A program made the position numbers and the translations under genes. Of a DNA stretch of 40,973 bases, positions 9,289-19,230 are shown one piece after another (position 1 is the first letter of the stretch; the number at the start of each line of letters is the position of its first letter). The DNA lies in contig CACAVG010000002.1 in the NCBI GenBank assembly GCA_902535885.1, positions 1-40,973 on the forward strand, in the 5' to 3' direction. The DNA comes from an uncultured Alphaproteobacteria bacterium (GTDB lineage Bacteria; Pseudomonadota; Alphaproteobacteria; HIMB59; GCA-002718135). Under the pieces are notes generated by a model, which did not search any database, had not been told where the DNA came from, and worked only from the letters and a program-made list of their open reading frames with translations.

Positions 9289-10527
9289 ATGAAATTTAAA
9301 TCAGAATTTCTTCACGAAATTAAAGAAAGGGGTTTTATTTATCAAGATACAGATATTGCAAAACTTGATATGATCATGTCAAAAACTAAAATTTCTGGCT
9401 ACATAGGTTTTGATATTACTAGCGACAGTTTACATGCTGGAAGTCTTATTCAATTAATGCTTCTACATTGGCTTGATTTTTATGGTCATCAATCTATTGC
9501 TTTAATGGGTGGAGGTACAACATTGATTGGTGATCCATCTGGCAAAGATCAAACAAGAAAAATATTAAGTAAGAATGAAATTAATAAAAATATTAAAAAT
9601 ATAGAGTTAACTTTTGGTAGATTTATAAATTTAAAAAAAAATGCTTTAATTATTAATAATTATGATTGGCTTTCAAATATAAATTACATTGAATTTCTTA
9701 GAGAGTTTGGATCAAAAATAACTTTAAATAGAATGCTGACTTTTGACTCTATAAAAAGCAGATTAGATAGGGAGCAACCATTAACAATACTTGAGTTTAA
9801 TTACATGCTTCTTCAAGCATATGATTTTTTCTATTTAAATAAAAATTATAATTGTATTTTACAAATGGGTGGATCAGATCAATGGGGTAACATATTAAGT
9901 GGAGTAGATTTCATAAAAAAAATAAATAAAAAAGATGCTTTTGGGATTACATCTCCATTAGTAACTAACACAGATGGTTCAAAAATGGGTAAAACAGCTG
10001 ATGGAGCCATTTGGCTTAATAAAGAGAAAATTTCAAGTTTAGATTTTTTCCAATATTGGAGAAATGTAAATGATCAAGAAGTATCTAGATACTTACATTT
10101 GTTTACCAAGCTTCCATTAGATGAAATAAAAAAACTTTCACTACTTAAAAATCAAGAAATAAACGAAGCAAAAAAAATATTGGCTTATGAAGTTACAAAA
10201 ATTGTTAGAGGAACAGAAGACGCTGATGAGGCTTTAGAAATTGCTGATAATACATTTAATTCAAAAATTGTTGATGAAAGATTACCAAATATTTCACATA
10301 ATGAAACAGATATTAAAAATAATAACTTTACTATTTTAGATGCTATAGAAAAACTTAAATTTGCTAATAGTAGAAGTGAGGTAAAAAGATTAATAAAATC
10401 TGATGGAATTAAAGTAAACGATAAGTTGTACAAAAATAATGATCTATCTTTAAGAGAATATTCAACTTTTAAAGAAATTAAAATAGCAGTAGGCAAAAAA
10501 AAGATTGGAATTTTAAAAATAATATAG
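9289..10527 (+). CDS. tyrS: Tyrosine--tRNA ligase
   Basis: GFDITSDSLHAGSL (HIGH-type), KMGKT (KMSKS-type), C-terminal S4-like domain (SRSEVKRLIKSDGIKVN). Confidence 0.93.
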   Translation: MKFKSEFLHEIKERGFIYQDTDIAKLDMIMSKTKISGYIGFDITSDSLHAGSLIQLMLLHWLDFYGHQSIALMGGGTTLIGDPSGKDQTRKILSKNEINKNIKNIELTFGRFINLKKNALIINNYDWLSNINYIEFLREFGSKITLNRMLTFDSIKSRLDREQPLTILEFNYMLLQAYDFFYLNKNYNCILQMGGSDQWGNILSGVDFIKKINKKDAFGITSPLVTNTDGSKMGKTADGAIWLNKEKISSLDFFQYWRNVNDQEVSRYLHLFTKLPLDEIKKLSLLKNQEINEAKKILAYEVTKIVRGTEDADEALEIADNTFNSKIVDERLPNISHNETDIKNNNFTILDAIEKLKFANSRSEVKRLIKSDGIKVNDKLYKNNDLSLREYSTFKEIKIAVGKKKIGILKII

Positions 10528-10532
10528 ATTGT

Positions 10533-11628
10533 TTACAAAGTAAGAGAATTTTCTAAGAAATCATCTAGTTTTCCATCTAAAACATCATTTACATTTGAAG
10601 TTTCATATCCACTTCTTAAATCTTTAATCAATTTATAAGGATGCAAAACGTACGATCTTATTTGATTTCCCCATCCAATATCTTTTTTTTCTTTGTTTTT
10701 GAGATTCTCATCTTCTTTTCTTTTTTGAAGTTCAGTTTCATAAATTCTTGATTTAATCATTTGCATTGCATTAGATTTATTTTTATGTTGTGATCTATCA
10801 CTTTGACATTGAACTACTATATTTGTTGGTAAATGTGTAATTCGTACAGCGCTATCTGTTTTGTTGACATGTTGTCCACCTGCGCCTGAGGCTCTGTAAG
10901 TATCAATTCTTAAGTCACTATCTTTTATATTTATTTCGATTTTTTCATCAATTTCAGGATAGACCCAAACACTTGCAAAACTTGTATGTCTTCTTTTATT
11001 ACTGTCAAAAGGTGAAATTCTTACTAACCTATGTATTCCACTCTCAGCTTTTAGCCAGCCATAAGAATAATTCATAATCATTTTTAATGTACATGATTTT
11101 ATACCTGCCTCTTCTCCACGCATTTCTTGTAATAATAATGCTTTGCAATTATCTTGATCGTCAGACCATCTTAGGTACATTCTTTGTAACATTTCTGCCC
11201 AATCTTGACTTTCTGTACCACCTGCTCCAGCATGAATTTCAATATAAGCATTTAAATGATCAGCTTCATCATTTAACAAACTAACATATCGAATTTTATC
11301 TGATAATTTTAATGTTGATTTAACTTCTTCATGAAGTTCATTTAATAAAGATTGTTCATTATTTTCTAGAATATAATTAAAAATTTCTTGATTTTCATTT
11401 ATTGATTTTTCTAATTTATTAAAATCATTTATTTTGTTTTCAATATTTTTAATTTCCTGAAATATTTTTTTTGCATTACTTTTTTCCCAAATGTTAGGGT
11501 CAGCACTCTTTGTTTTTAAATCTTCTAATTTATTTTTCAGAGAGTTATAGTCAAACTCCCCTCCTTATAAGATCAAAATTTGATCTTATTTTTTTTAAAT
11601 TTAACTCTATGATCTCAAGATTTAACAT
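10533..11628 (-). CDS. prfB: Peptide chain release factor 2, expressed through a programmed +1 frameshift. ORF1 is 11628..11554 (25 codons); T at 11553 is skipped; ORF2 is 11552..10533.
   Basis: The track lists only the 248-aa piece from TTG at 11279. That frame is open up to 11552 (DYNSLKNKLEDLKTKSADPNIWEK...). ORF1 is MLNLEIIELNLKKIRSNFDLIRRGV followed by TGA. SPF (RISPFDS) and GGQ (GAGGQHVNK) motifs are present. Confidence 0.92.
11550..11565 (-). other. RF2 autoregulatory +1 frameshift cassette: AGGAGG-GGA-GTT-TGA-C (internal SD-like element, shift codon, UGA-C stop)
   Basis: Minus-strand 5'-AGG AGG GGA GTT TGA C-3', directly comparable with E. coli AGG GGG TAT CTT TGA C. The stop is codon 26, as in E. 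coli. Confidence 0.85.
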
Positions 11629-11636
11629 ATTTTAAT

Positions 11637-13991
11637 CTACTGTAATAAACCACCTGTACCAGAAATGGAATTATTATTAAAATTTTCTAATCCATCTATA
11701 ATATTAATATTCTCTGAGTATGGTTCAGATCCAAGAATAAAAGGCTCAACAATGCTATCTTGATTAGTAGATACATTACCACTGTAAGGATCAATTCTTA
11801 CAAAACTTATTCCAGCTGGAATCCTAAATGGTTTTTTGTTCTTATTTATATTTATCTTTTCTGCTAATTTTTTAAATATTGGAACAGCAACACTAGAACC
11901 AGTTTGCTTATACCCAAGAGATTTTGGTTGATCATATCCTACATAAACACCTATAACTAAATCAGGTGTATATCCAATAAACCAGGCATCTTTATTCTTG
12001 TTTGTTGTTCCTGTTTTACCAGCAATCGGTACATTTAAATCTTTTAATTTTTTTGCTGTACCTCTTTTTATAACTCCTTCCATCATTGATGTAATTTGAT
12101 AAGCTAATCTTGGATCAATAATAATATTTTTTGTTTCTTCTAAATTAGGTATTTTATTTTTCGTTGATATTGTTTGAATACTACATTCTAAACATTTTTT
12201 TAATCTAGTATCATAAATTTTTTTTCCATCTTTAGAATAAACACTTGTTATTAATTTAGGTTCGATTTTCTTTCCACCATTAGCAATGATTGCATATGCA
12301 TTTGTTAATTCAACTAAAGTAACAACTCCAGAGCCAAGAGACATTGAAAGGTTTTCATCTAGGCCTTCGTTAATATCAAATTTATTAGCCATACTTAAAA
12401 TTTTATTCATACCTATTCTATTAGCCAGTCTGACTGTCATAAGATTTCTTGACTTTTCTATTCCAGTTCTCATTGTTGTTAGGCCATAAAATTCATCTGT
12501 ATAGTTAGATGGTTTCCATTTTGGAAGACCTGGGCCTTGATCAATTACATACGGAGCATCTAATATTAAAGTAGCAGGAGAATAACCCTCATCTAAAGCA
12601 GCTAAATAAACAATTGGTTTAAAAGCTGAACCAGGCTGCCTTTTAGCTTGTGTTGCTCTATTAAATTCACTTTTTTTAAAACTATATCCACCAGATAAGG
12701 CCAAGACATCACCAGTGTATGGATCTAAAACAATTATTGCTCCATTTACTCTAGGCTCTTGATTAATTATGTAAATATTATTTTTTTTTTCAACATAAAT
12801 TATATCACCTTTTTTAAAACTTATATCTAAAAGCCAGTTATTAAATTCATTATCTAAATTAATTTCAAGTTTCATTTTATTTAGATCAAAGACTTTTAGT
12901 TTTTTTTGATATACTTTATCTATAATTACAGTTTTCCATTTAGGAAAAAGAGGATTCTCATTAATGTAATCGTTTTTTTTATTTAAAAAATTATCTAAAT
13001 TTGTATTTTCAACAATACCATTCCACCCATTTCTTTTTTCAAATTCAATTAATCCTTCAATGAGACTAAGATTTGCATTTTTCTGTATACCAGAATCAAG
13101 GGTAGTTTTAATTACTAAACCTTCAGAATAAAGTTTTTCTTTACCAAATTTATTGAATAGTTCTTTTCTTATTTCCTCATAAAAATAATCAGCATCAGAA
13201 AATTCAATATCAATTCTTTCAAATACTTCAATAGGTTTATTTTTATAATCAAGATCTTTCCTTGTAATAAATCCATTAGAATACATTCTATCTATAACCC
13301 AATTTCTTCTATCAATAGCCTTTGAGTAATTTGTTTTTGGATTATAATTATTAGGAGCTTTAGGTAATGATGCCAAAAAAGCTATTTCATGAAGTTGAAG
13401 ATCATAAATTGATTTATTAAAATAATTAAGACTAGCGGATCCAATTCCATAAGAACCATAACCTAAATAAATATCATTTAAATATAGTTCCAATATATCT
13501 TTTTTATCTAATATATTTTCTATTCTAATAGATAAAATTATTTCTTTTATTTTTCTAGAGTAACTCAACTCATTGCTAAGTAATAAATTTTTTACAACTT
13601 GTTGGGTAATTGTAGATGCCCCTACTACTCTTTTGTTCGAATTTATATTGATGATATTTGTAAGAAATGCTCTGAAGATTGCAATAATGTCTACACCATA
13701 ATGATTGTAAAAATTTTTATCTTCAGAGGCTAGAAATGCATATTTAATATTTTTTGGTATTCTATCGACAGGAATAAAGATTCTTTCTTCAGTATAAAAA
13801 CTCTTAAGAAGAAAACCATCAGAACTATAAATTCTAGAAGAAAGGTTCGGTTGATATTCTACAATTTTTTCATATGATGGTAATTCTGATGAATATCTCC
13901 AAAGTGTGTAAAAAATTATAAAAATTGAGATAAATCCAAATATAAATAGAAAAATTAATAATAATTTTATATAATTAATTAATTTAGACAT
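11637..13991 (-). CDS. mrcA: Bifunctional penicillin-binding protein 1A (transglycosylase/transpeptidase)
   Basis: GT51 motifs EDKNFYNHYGVD and GASTITQQVVKN. Transpeptidase motifs SAFKP, SRN, KTGTT. N-terminal TM anchor. Confidence 0.92.
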   Translation of the reverse strand: MSKLINYIKLLLIFLFIFGFISIFIIFYTLWRYSSELPSYEKIVEYQPNLSSRIYSSDGFLLKSFYTEERIFIPVDRIPKNIKYAFLASEDKNFYNHYGVDIIAIFRAFLTNIININSNKRVVGASTITQQVVKNLLLSNELSYSRKIKEIILSIRIENILDKKDILELYLNDIYLGYGSYGIGSASLNYFNKSIYDLQLHEIAFLASLPKAPNNYNPKTNYSKAIDRRNWVIDRMYSNGFITRKDLDYKNKPIEVFERIDIEFSDADYFYEEIRKELFNKFGKEKLYSEGLVIKTTLDSGIQKNANLSLIEGLIEFEKRNGWNGIVENTNLDNFLNKKNDYINENPLFPKWKTVIIDKVYQKKLKVFDLNKMKLEINLDNEFNNWLLDISFKKGDIIYVEKKNNIYIINQEPRVNGAIIVLDPYTGDVLALSGGYSFKKSEFNRATQAKRQPGSAFKPIVYLAALDEGYSPATLILDAPYVIDQGPGLPKWKPSNYTDEFYGLTTMRTGIEKSRNLMTVRLANRIGMNKILSMANKFDINEGLDENLSMSLGSGVVTLVELTNAYAIIANGGKKIEPKLITSVYSKDGKKIYDTRLKKCLECSIQTISTKNKIPNLEETKNIIIDPRLAYQITSMMEGVIKRGTAKKLKDLNVPIAGKTGTTNKNKDAWFIGYTPDLVIGVYVGYDQPKSLGYKQTGSSVAVPIFKKLAEKININKNKKPFRIPAGISFVRIDPYSGNVSTNQDSIVEPFILGSEPYSENINIIDGLENFNNNSISGTGGLLQ

Positions 13992-14100
13992 ATTAATATT
14001 CTACATTGTGAAATAGTTAAAAATATGACATTAGGCAAATATTATACATTATTCAAAAAATGATTTTAACATATAAAAATTTTTACGGAGTTTCGGCATT

Positions 14101-16023
14101 ATGTCAAAAAATATACTTATTGATACCACAAATAACATTGAAACAAGAATTGCTGTAACAGATGATGGTAAACTTGATGATTTCGAAATTGAACCTAGCA
14201 AAAAAAATGCTGTAAAAGGTGATATTTATTTAGCTAAAATTTCAAGAATTGAGCCTTCCCTTCAGGCTGCTTTTGTTGATTTTGGAACTAATAGAAATGG
14301 TTTTCTACCTCTTACTGAAATACACCCAGATTATTTTAAGATTCCAGCAGCAGATGAATTGAAAATAAAAGAATTAAATGAAAAAATATATAAGCTTAAT
14401 GAAGAGGAAGATAACAATGGTGAGAATGAGAATGAATTAGAGGATATTGAAGAAAATAATATTGAGACAAAATCTGAGGAAGAAGAAAATGGGAATGATA
14501 ATGATAGCGTTATTTCAATTAAAAAAAGAAAAAATAAAAAATTAAGTCCAAAAAAAGAGTATTTTAACTTCTTTAGAAAATATAAAATTCAAGATGTAAT
14601 ACGTCCAAAACAAGTTTTACTTGTGCAAATTAACAAAGAGGAAAGAGGATTAAAAGGTGCCGCTTTAACGACCTATTTATCTTTTGCAGGGAGATATTGT
14701 GTTCTAATGCCAAATAGTATGAATAGCGATGGTATATCTAGAAAAATTGGAGACATAGAAGAAAGAAAAAAATTAAAAAAAATATTATCATCCGTTAAAA
14801 TACCTGAAAAAATGTCTGTAATTGTCAGAACAGCTGGAATTGGAAGAACAAAAAAAGAAATATCTAAGGATCTATCATTTCTTGTAAGTCAATGGAATAA
14901 AATAAGAGAACTCACTTTAAAATCAGAAGCTCCAGAGATGATACACGAAGAAGGTAATATTTTAAAAAGAGCTATTAGAGACATGTTAAGTGAGGATGTA
15001 GAAAAGATTTTCGTAGAGGGAAAAGAAGGATACGATAAAGTCAAAAAAATTACCAAAAATCTAGCACCAACATTTGTTAAAAAAGTTAAACAATACAAAT
15101 CTGAAGAAAACTCGCTATTTGCATCTAACAATATTGAAACTCAGATTAATGATCTTTTTAGTCTAAATGTTAAATTAAAATCTGGAGGATCAATTGTAAT
15201 TAATACAACTGAAGCATTGGTTGCAGTAGATGTAAACTCCGGCAAAAATACATCAGAAAGAAATATTGAAAATACTGCCCTAAAAACAAATTTAGAAGCT
15301 GCAGTAGAGGTAGCTAGACAGCTTAGATTAAGAGATCTTGGAGGTTTGGTAGTTATAGATTTTATCGATATGGATGATTACCGAAATAATTTTAAAGTTG
15401 AAAAAAGTTTAAAAACTGCTCTTGTAAGAGACAGAGCGAGAGTTCAAGTTGGTAGAATAAGTATGTTTGGATTGATGGAACTATCTAGACAGAGATTAAG
15501 ATCAAGCTTGATAGATAAATCATTTGAGAAATGTAATTATTGTAAAGGATCGGGATTAATATTAAATTCTTCATCAATTATAGATCAAATAATAAAAGTA
15601 ATTAAAGAAAAAATCTCTGATAATAAAAATTCAATAATAAATGTAAAGTGTAATAGTGGTTTGGCAGAAAATTTATTAAATAATAAAAAGAGTGAGATTC
15701 ATTCTTTGGAAAATAAATTTGAATCAAAAATTAATTTTTTCTTCAATCCACAATATTCTTTACATGATCCTTTAATTGAAATTGATGAAGATAATAATTC
15801 CTTAGGCCTTGAAAAAATAAGTGAAAAAAAGAAAAATAAAACTACTAAGGTTATTAAAAAAAAGAAAATAATAAAAACTAAAAAAAAGAAAGAAAGTCTC
15901 AAAGATAACAAAACAAATGATAATGAAATATATAAAGAAAATAAAATTGATATACAAAAAGATGTTGATTTAAGAGAGGGTGAAATAAATGAAGATGAAG
16001 AAAAAACTGGATGGTGGTCATAA
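14101..16023 (+). CDS. rne: Ribonuclease E/G family endoribonuclease (RNase E-like)
   Basis: S1 domain (GDIYLAKISRIEPSLQAAFVDFG), catalytic ALVAVDVNSGK and LGGLVVIDFIDM, Zn-link CNYCKGSG. Acidic/basic insertion within the S1 region and a short Lys-rich tail. Confidence 0.9.
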   Translation: MSKNILIDTTNNIETRIAVTDDGKLDDFEIEPSKKNAVKGDIYLAKISRIEPSLQAAFVDFGTNRNGFLPLTEIHPDYFKIPAADELKIKELNEKIYKLNEEEDNNGENENELEDIEENNIETKSEEEENGNDNDSVISIKKRKNKKLSPKKEYFNFFRKYKIQDVIRPKQVLLVQINKEERGLKGAALTTYLSFAGRYCVLMPNSMNSDGISRKIGDIEERKKLKKILSSVKIPEKMSVIVRTAGIGRTKKEISKDLSFLVSQWNKIRELTLKSEAPEMIHEEGNILKRAIRDMLSEDVEKIFVEGKEGYDKVKKITKNLAPTFVKKVKQYKSEENSLFASNNIETQINDLFSLNVKLKSGGSIVINTTEALVAVDVNSGKNTSERNIENTALKTNLEAAVEVARQLRLRDLGGLVVIDFIDMDDYRNNFKVEKSLKTALVRDRARVQVGRISMFGLMELSRQRLRSSLIDKSFEKCNYCKGSGLILNSSSIIDQIIKVIKEKISDNKNSIINVKCNSGLAENLLNNKKSEIHSLENKFESKINFFFNPQYSLHDPLIEIDEDNNSLGLEKISEKKKNKTTKVIKKKKIIKTKKKKESLKDNKTNDNEIYKENKIDIQKDVDLREGEINEDEEKTGWWS

Positions 16024-17290
16024 AAAAATATCAATTTATTTGTTATTTTTTATTTTTTCTTCAAACATTAGTTATAGTTCACAAATACTAGATTATGAAA
16101 CGGAAGAATTTGTTAAAGAAATTATTGAAGATATTACTGAAGTAAATAAAATAAATAAAAAAATTAATTTTAAAATAAATAATAGTAATGAAATAAATGC
16201 CTTTGTAGATATTAATAATGTAATACATATTAATTCTGGCTTAATTATTCATTGCTCAGATTATGTTGCTTTATTGTCAGTATTAGCTCATGAAGTTGGT
16301 CATATAGATCTAAATCATATTGCACTTAGAAAAAAAACAATAGAAAATACTAAAAAATATAATACCTTAGGCCTTTTATCTGTAATAGCTGGATCGGCAT
16401 TAACTCAAAACCCTCTATTGTTACAAGGCAGTATAGTGACTTCAGCCGCATTATCAAATCAATATGTTGTTTTTAGTAAAGATCAAGAGATGGAAGCAGA
16501 TTTATATGCACTAAAAACACTAAATTTACTAAAAACAAATTCTAAGTCTATTCAAACATTATTAGAAACAATTGAACAAAAATTGTTAGATCAGGGTTTT
16601 TCAAAAGATAAACAAAGAGTTAGTACACATCCATATTTTGAGGATAGGATTTTATTAATGAAAAACTTCGAAAAAAATAAAGAAAAAAATTTTAATGAAA
16701 GTTACAATCAAAGATTTAACTACATCAGAGCAAAATTTGTAGGTTATAGTGATAATGAAGAAGGATTAAGTCAATTAAATGAACCTTTTAAAGCTTATGC
16801 AGAATCAATTAAATTAGCTAGAAGTGGAAATCTAAAAATGTCTCTAAAGAATTTAAATGAAATAATTAAAAAAAATAATAATAATTTTCTACTAGAAACC
16901 AAAGCAGACATATTATTCTCTTATGGATATACAAAAGAAGCTAAAAAATTTTATAAAAAAAATTTAGAAAAATATCCATTAAATTATTATGCTCAAATTA
17001 GAATATTTGAAAATATAGAAATAAAAAATTTATCTAATAGTGATACAGAAATAATTTTTCAAAGTAATAAGGATCTTTTATATAAATTTTATAATAATAA
17101 AAATGTTCTTTTAACATATTTTGAACTAGCAAAAAAATTAAATAAAAATGAATGGTTGCAATTCATTAACTTTCTTTTATCAATTAATGATATTGAAAAA
17201 GAAGTTTTTGATATTGAAATAAAAAATTTTAAAAGCACTAAAGATAGTGATTTATTGAAATTTGTTAATATAATCCAGAATATAAATTAA
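15989..17290 (+). CDS. M48-family zinc metalloprotease with TPR-like C-terminal region (BepA/YfgC-like), secreted
   Basis: HEVGHIDLNH (HExxH), signal-peptide-like ISIYLLFFIFSSNISYS. The track start overlaps the rne end by 35 nt, so the true start is uncertain. Confidence 0.75.
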   Translation: MKMKKKLDGGHKKISIYLLFFIFSSNISYSSQILDYETEEFVKEIIEDITEVNKINKKINFKINNSNEINAFVDINNVIHINSGLIIHCSDYVALLSVLAHEVGHIDLNHIALRKKTIENTKKYNTLGLLSVIAGSALTQNPLLLQGSIVTSAALSNQYVVFSKDQEMEADLYALKTLNLLKTNSKSIQTLLETIEQKLLDQGFSKDKQRVSTHPYFEDRILLMKNFEKNKEKNFNESYNQRFNYIRAKFVGYSDNEEGLSQLNEPFKAYAESIKLARSGNLKMSLKNLNEIIKKNNNNFLLETKADILFSYGYTKEAKKFYKKNLEKYPLNYYAQIRIFENIEIKNLSNSDTEIIFQSNKDLLYKFYNNKNVLLTYFELAKKLNKNEWLQFINFLLSINDIEKEVFDIEIKNFKSTKDSDLLKFVNIIQNIN

Positions 17291-18342
17291 TGAACGGATC
17301 TCTGGTATATCAAGATTACATAAATTTAATTAATAAAAATTTAGTAATAACTGAAAATATTAGAAATAACCAAATACAACCATCAAGCATGGACTTGTCA
17401 TTGAGTGAGGAATGCTATGAAGTTAAGCATAGCTTCTTATCCTATAATTCAAAAGTGAGAGACAAATTAAAAGATTTAGCCATTAAAAAAATAAATCTTA
17501 GTAAAGAATTTATATTTAGAAAAAACAAGACTTACATTGTTAAACTTAATGAAAGTCTTAATTTAAAAAATAATATATTTGGTCACTGCAACCCTAAAAG
17601 TAGTACTGGCAGATTAGATATTTTTTGCAGAACACTTGTTGATTATGCACAAGAATACGAAAAAATTCCTAAAAATTATAAAGGTGAGATATTTTTAGAA
17701 ATAACATCAAGATCATTTAATGTATCTTTTAAAAAAAATAATTTTTTAAATCAATTAAGACTTGTAAATAAAAATCATAATTATTTGACTGATAAACAAT
17801 TAATTAAGCTTAATAAAAAAATTTCAACTAAAACTAGAGACTATTTTAAAATTGATAACGGATTAAAGTTATCAGTTGATCTAGCTGGATCAAATATAAT
17901 TGCTTACGTAGCCAAAAAACATACTCCGGTTCTAAATTTCTCTAAAATTAAATCTCATAAAATAAATGATTTTTGGAATGTAATTAGAAAAAACAATAAA
18001 AAATTAATAATTGAAAAAAACAAGTTTTATATTTTGAGATCAAAAGAGAAGGTTGTGATACCATCAAATTTAGCTGGTGAAATGATACCGTACGATACTG
18101 GCATTGGAGACTTCAGAGCGCATTATGCAGGTTTTTTTGATCCTGGTTTTGGTTTAGGTAGAGGGTCATATGCAGTTTTGGAAGTAAAAACAAATGAAGT
18201 ACCTTTTTTATTAGAAGATGGTCAAACTATAGCTAGAATTAAATATGAAAAGTTGAACAAAAATAGTAATATTGTATACGGAAAAGATATTAAATCAAAT
18301 TATCAAAATCAAGGTTTAAAATTAAGTAAGCATTTTAAATAG
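17290..18342 (+). CDS. dcd: 2'-deoxycytidine 5'-triphosphate deaminase, long (~350 aa) DCD family
   Basis: Length and motifs NPKSSTGRLDIF and GFFDPGFG resemble the alphaproteobacterial long dCTP deaminase family. TAATG junction with the upstream gene. Confidence 0.7.
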   Translation: MNGSLVYQDYINLINKNLVITENIRNNQIQPSSMDLSLSEECYEVKHSFLSYNSKVRDKLKDLAIKKINLSKEFIFRKNKTYIVKLNESLNLKNNIFGHCNPKSSTGRLDIFCRTLVDYAQEYEKIPKNYKGEIFLEITSRSFNVSFKKNNFLNQLRLVNKNHNYLTDKQLIKLNKKISTKTRDYFKIDNGLKLSVDLAGSNIIAYVAKKHTPVLNFSKIKSHKINDFWNVIRKNNKKLIIEKNKFYILRSKEKVVIPSNLAGEMIPYDTGIGDFRAHYAGFFDPGFGLGRGSYAVLEVKTNEVPFLLEDGQTIARIKYEKLNKNSNIVYGKDIKSNYQNQGLKLSKHFK

Positions 18343-18343
18343 A

Positions 18344-18781
18344 ATGAAAAAAATATTAATTATTAATGGCCCTAACTTAAATCTATTAGGTAATAGAGAA
18401 GATGATATTTATGGTAAGGACAGTTTAGATAAGATTAAATCTAATTGTGAAAAAAAAGGTATAGAGAAGAAATTAGAAATTATTTTTTTCCAATCTAATA
18501 ATGAAGGTGAAATAATTGATAAAATTCATGAAGTAAATGATAAATTTGATGGTCTAATTATTAATCCAGCAGCATTTACTCACTCATCAATAGCCATTTT
18601 AGATTCATTGAGAGCAATAAATAAGCCCAAGATAGAAATTCATCTTTCAAATATTTATTCAAGAGAAGAGTATAGAAAAAAAAGTATTACTTCCGAAGGA
18701 GTGCATGGTTTAATATGTGGATTTGGTGGAAATAGTTATCTTCTAGGAATTGAAGCAATATGCAAATTAATTTATAAATAA
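18344..18781 (+). CDS. aroQ: Type II 3-dehydroquinate dehydratase
   Basis: ILIINGPNLNLLGNRE, INPAAFTHSSIAILD, EIHLSNIYSREEYR. Confidence 0.93.
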   Translation: MKKILIINGPNLNLLGNREDDIYGKDSLDKIKSNCEKKGIEKKLEIIFFQSNNEGEIIDKIHEVNDKFDGLIINPAAFTHSSIAILDSLRAINKPKIEIHLSNIYSREEYRKKSITSEGVHGLICGFGGNSYLLGIEAICKLIYK

Positions 18782-18783
18782 GT

Positions 18784-19230
18784 ATGACTAAAATAGATAA
18801 AACAGATTTAGAAAACATTAAGTTAATCGTTAAAGAATCAAAAATTAATAGTGTTGCTAAAATAAAAATAAAAAAAAATGATTATGAAATTGAGATTACC
18901 TCAAATGATTTCATTGAAAACAATGTTTCTGTTCAAAAAATAGAAAAAAATACTGAAGTTAAAGAGTTTGAAAATACAAATGATATTGTAAATGAAGATA
19001 ATATTGTTAAATCTCCAATGGTAGGAGTTGCTTATCTTTCTGCTGACCCAAATTCACAACCTTATGTTAAAGTAGGTCAACATGTTAAAGCAGGTGATAC
19101 TTTATTGTTAATTGAAGCAATGAAAACTTTTAATGAAATCAAAGCTCCTAGATCTGGTATTATCAAAAAAATAGTAACGTTGAATAGCCAGCCCGTTGAA
19201 TATGGTGATACTCTTATAATTTTTGAATAA
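18784..19230 (+). CDS. accB: Acetyl-CoA carboxylase biotin carboxyl carrier protein
   Basis: Biotinylation motif IEAMKTFNEI. Position upstream of accC. Confidence 0.92.
   Translation: MTKIDKTDLENIKLIVKESKINSVAKIKIKKNDYEIEITSNDFIENNVSVQKIEKNTEVKEFENTNDIVNEDNIVKSPMVGVAYLSADPNSQPYVKVGQHVKAGDTLLLIEAMKTFNEIKAPRSGIIKKIVTLNSQPVEYGDTLIIFE

Noticed and set aside
10533-11279. RF2 looks like a 5'-truncated pseudogene (248 aa, TTG start) in the ORF track.
   Set aside because: The same frame is open upstream to 11552. A 25-codon ORF1 with a classic SD-shift-UGA-C cassette supplies the N-terminus. This is the standard prfB recoding event, not gene decay.
14025-14063. 12-codon uORF (MTLGKYYTLFKK) in the rne leader, as a possible autoregulatory element.
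   Set aside because: It is too short and has no supporting structure or RBS. Chance ORFs of this size are expected, and I could not identify a conserved rne 5'-UTR hairpin by eye.
15699-16034. 111-aa minus-strand ORF with a hydrophobic, Phe/Leu-rich, membrane-protein-like sequence.
   Set aside because: It is the reverse complement of the Lys/Glu-rich low-complexity tail of rne (poly-AAA/GAA reads as TTT/TTC), so it is a compositional artefact.
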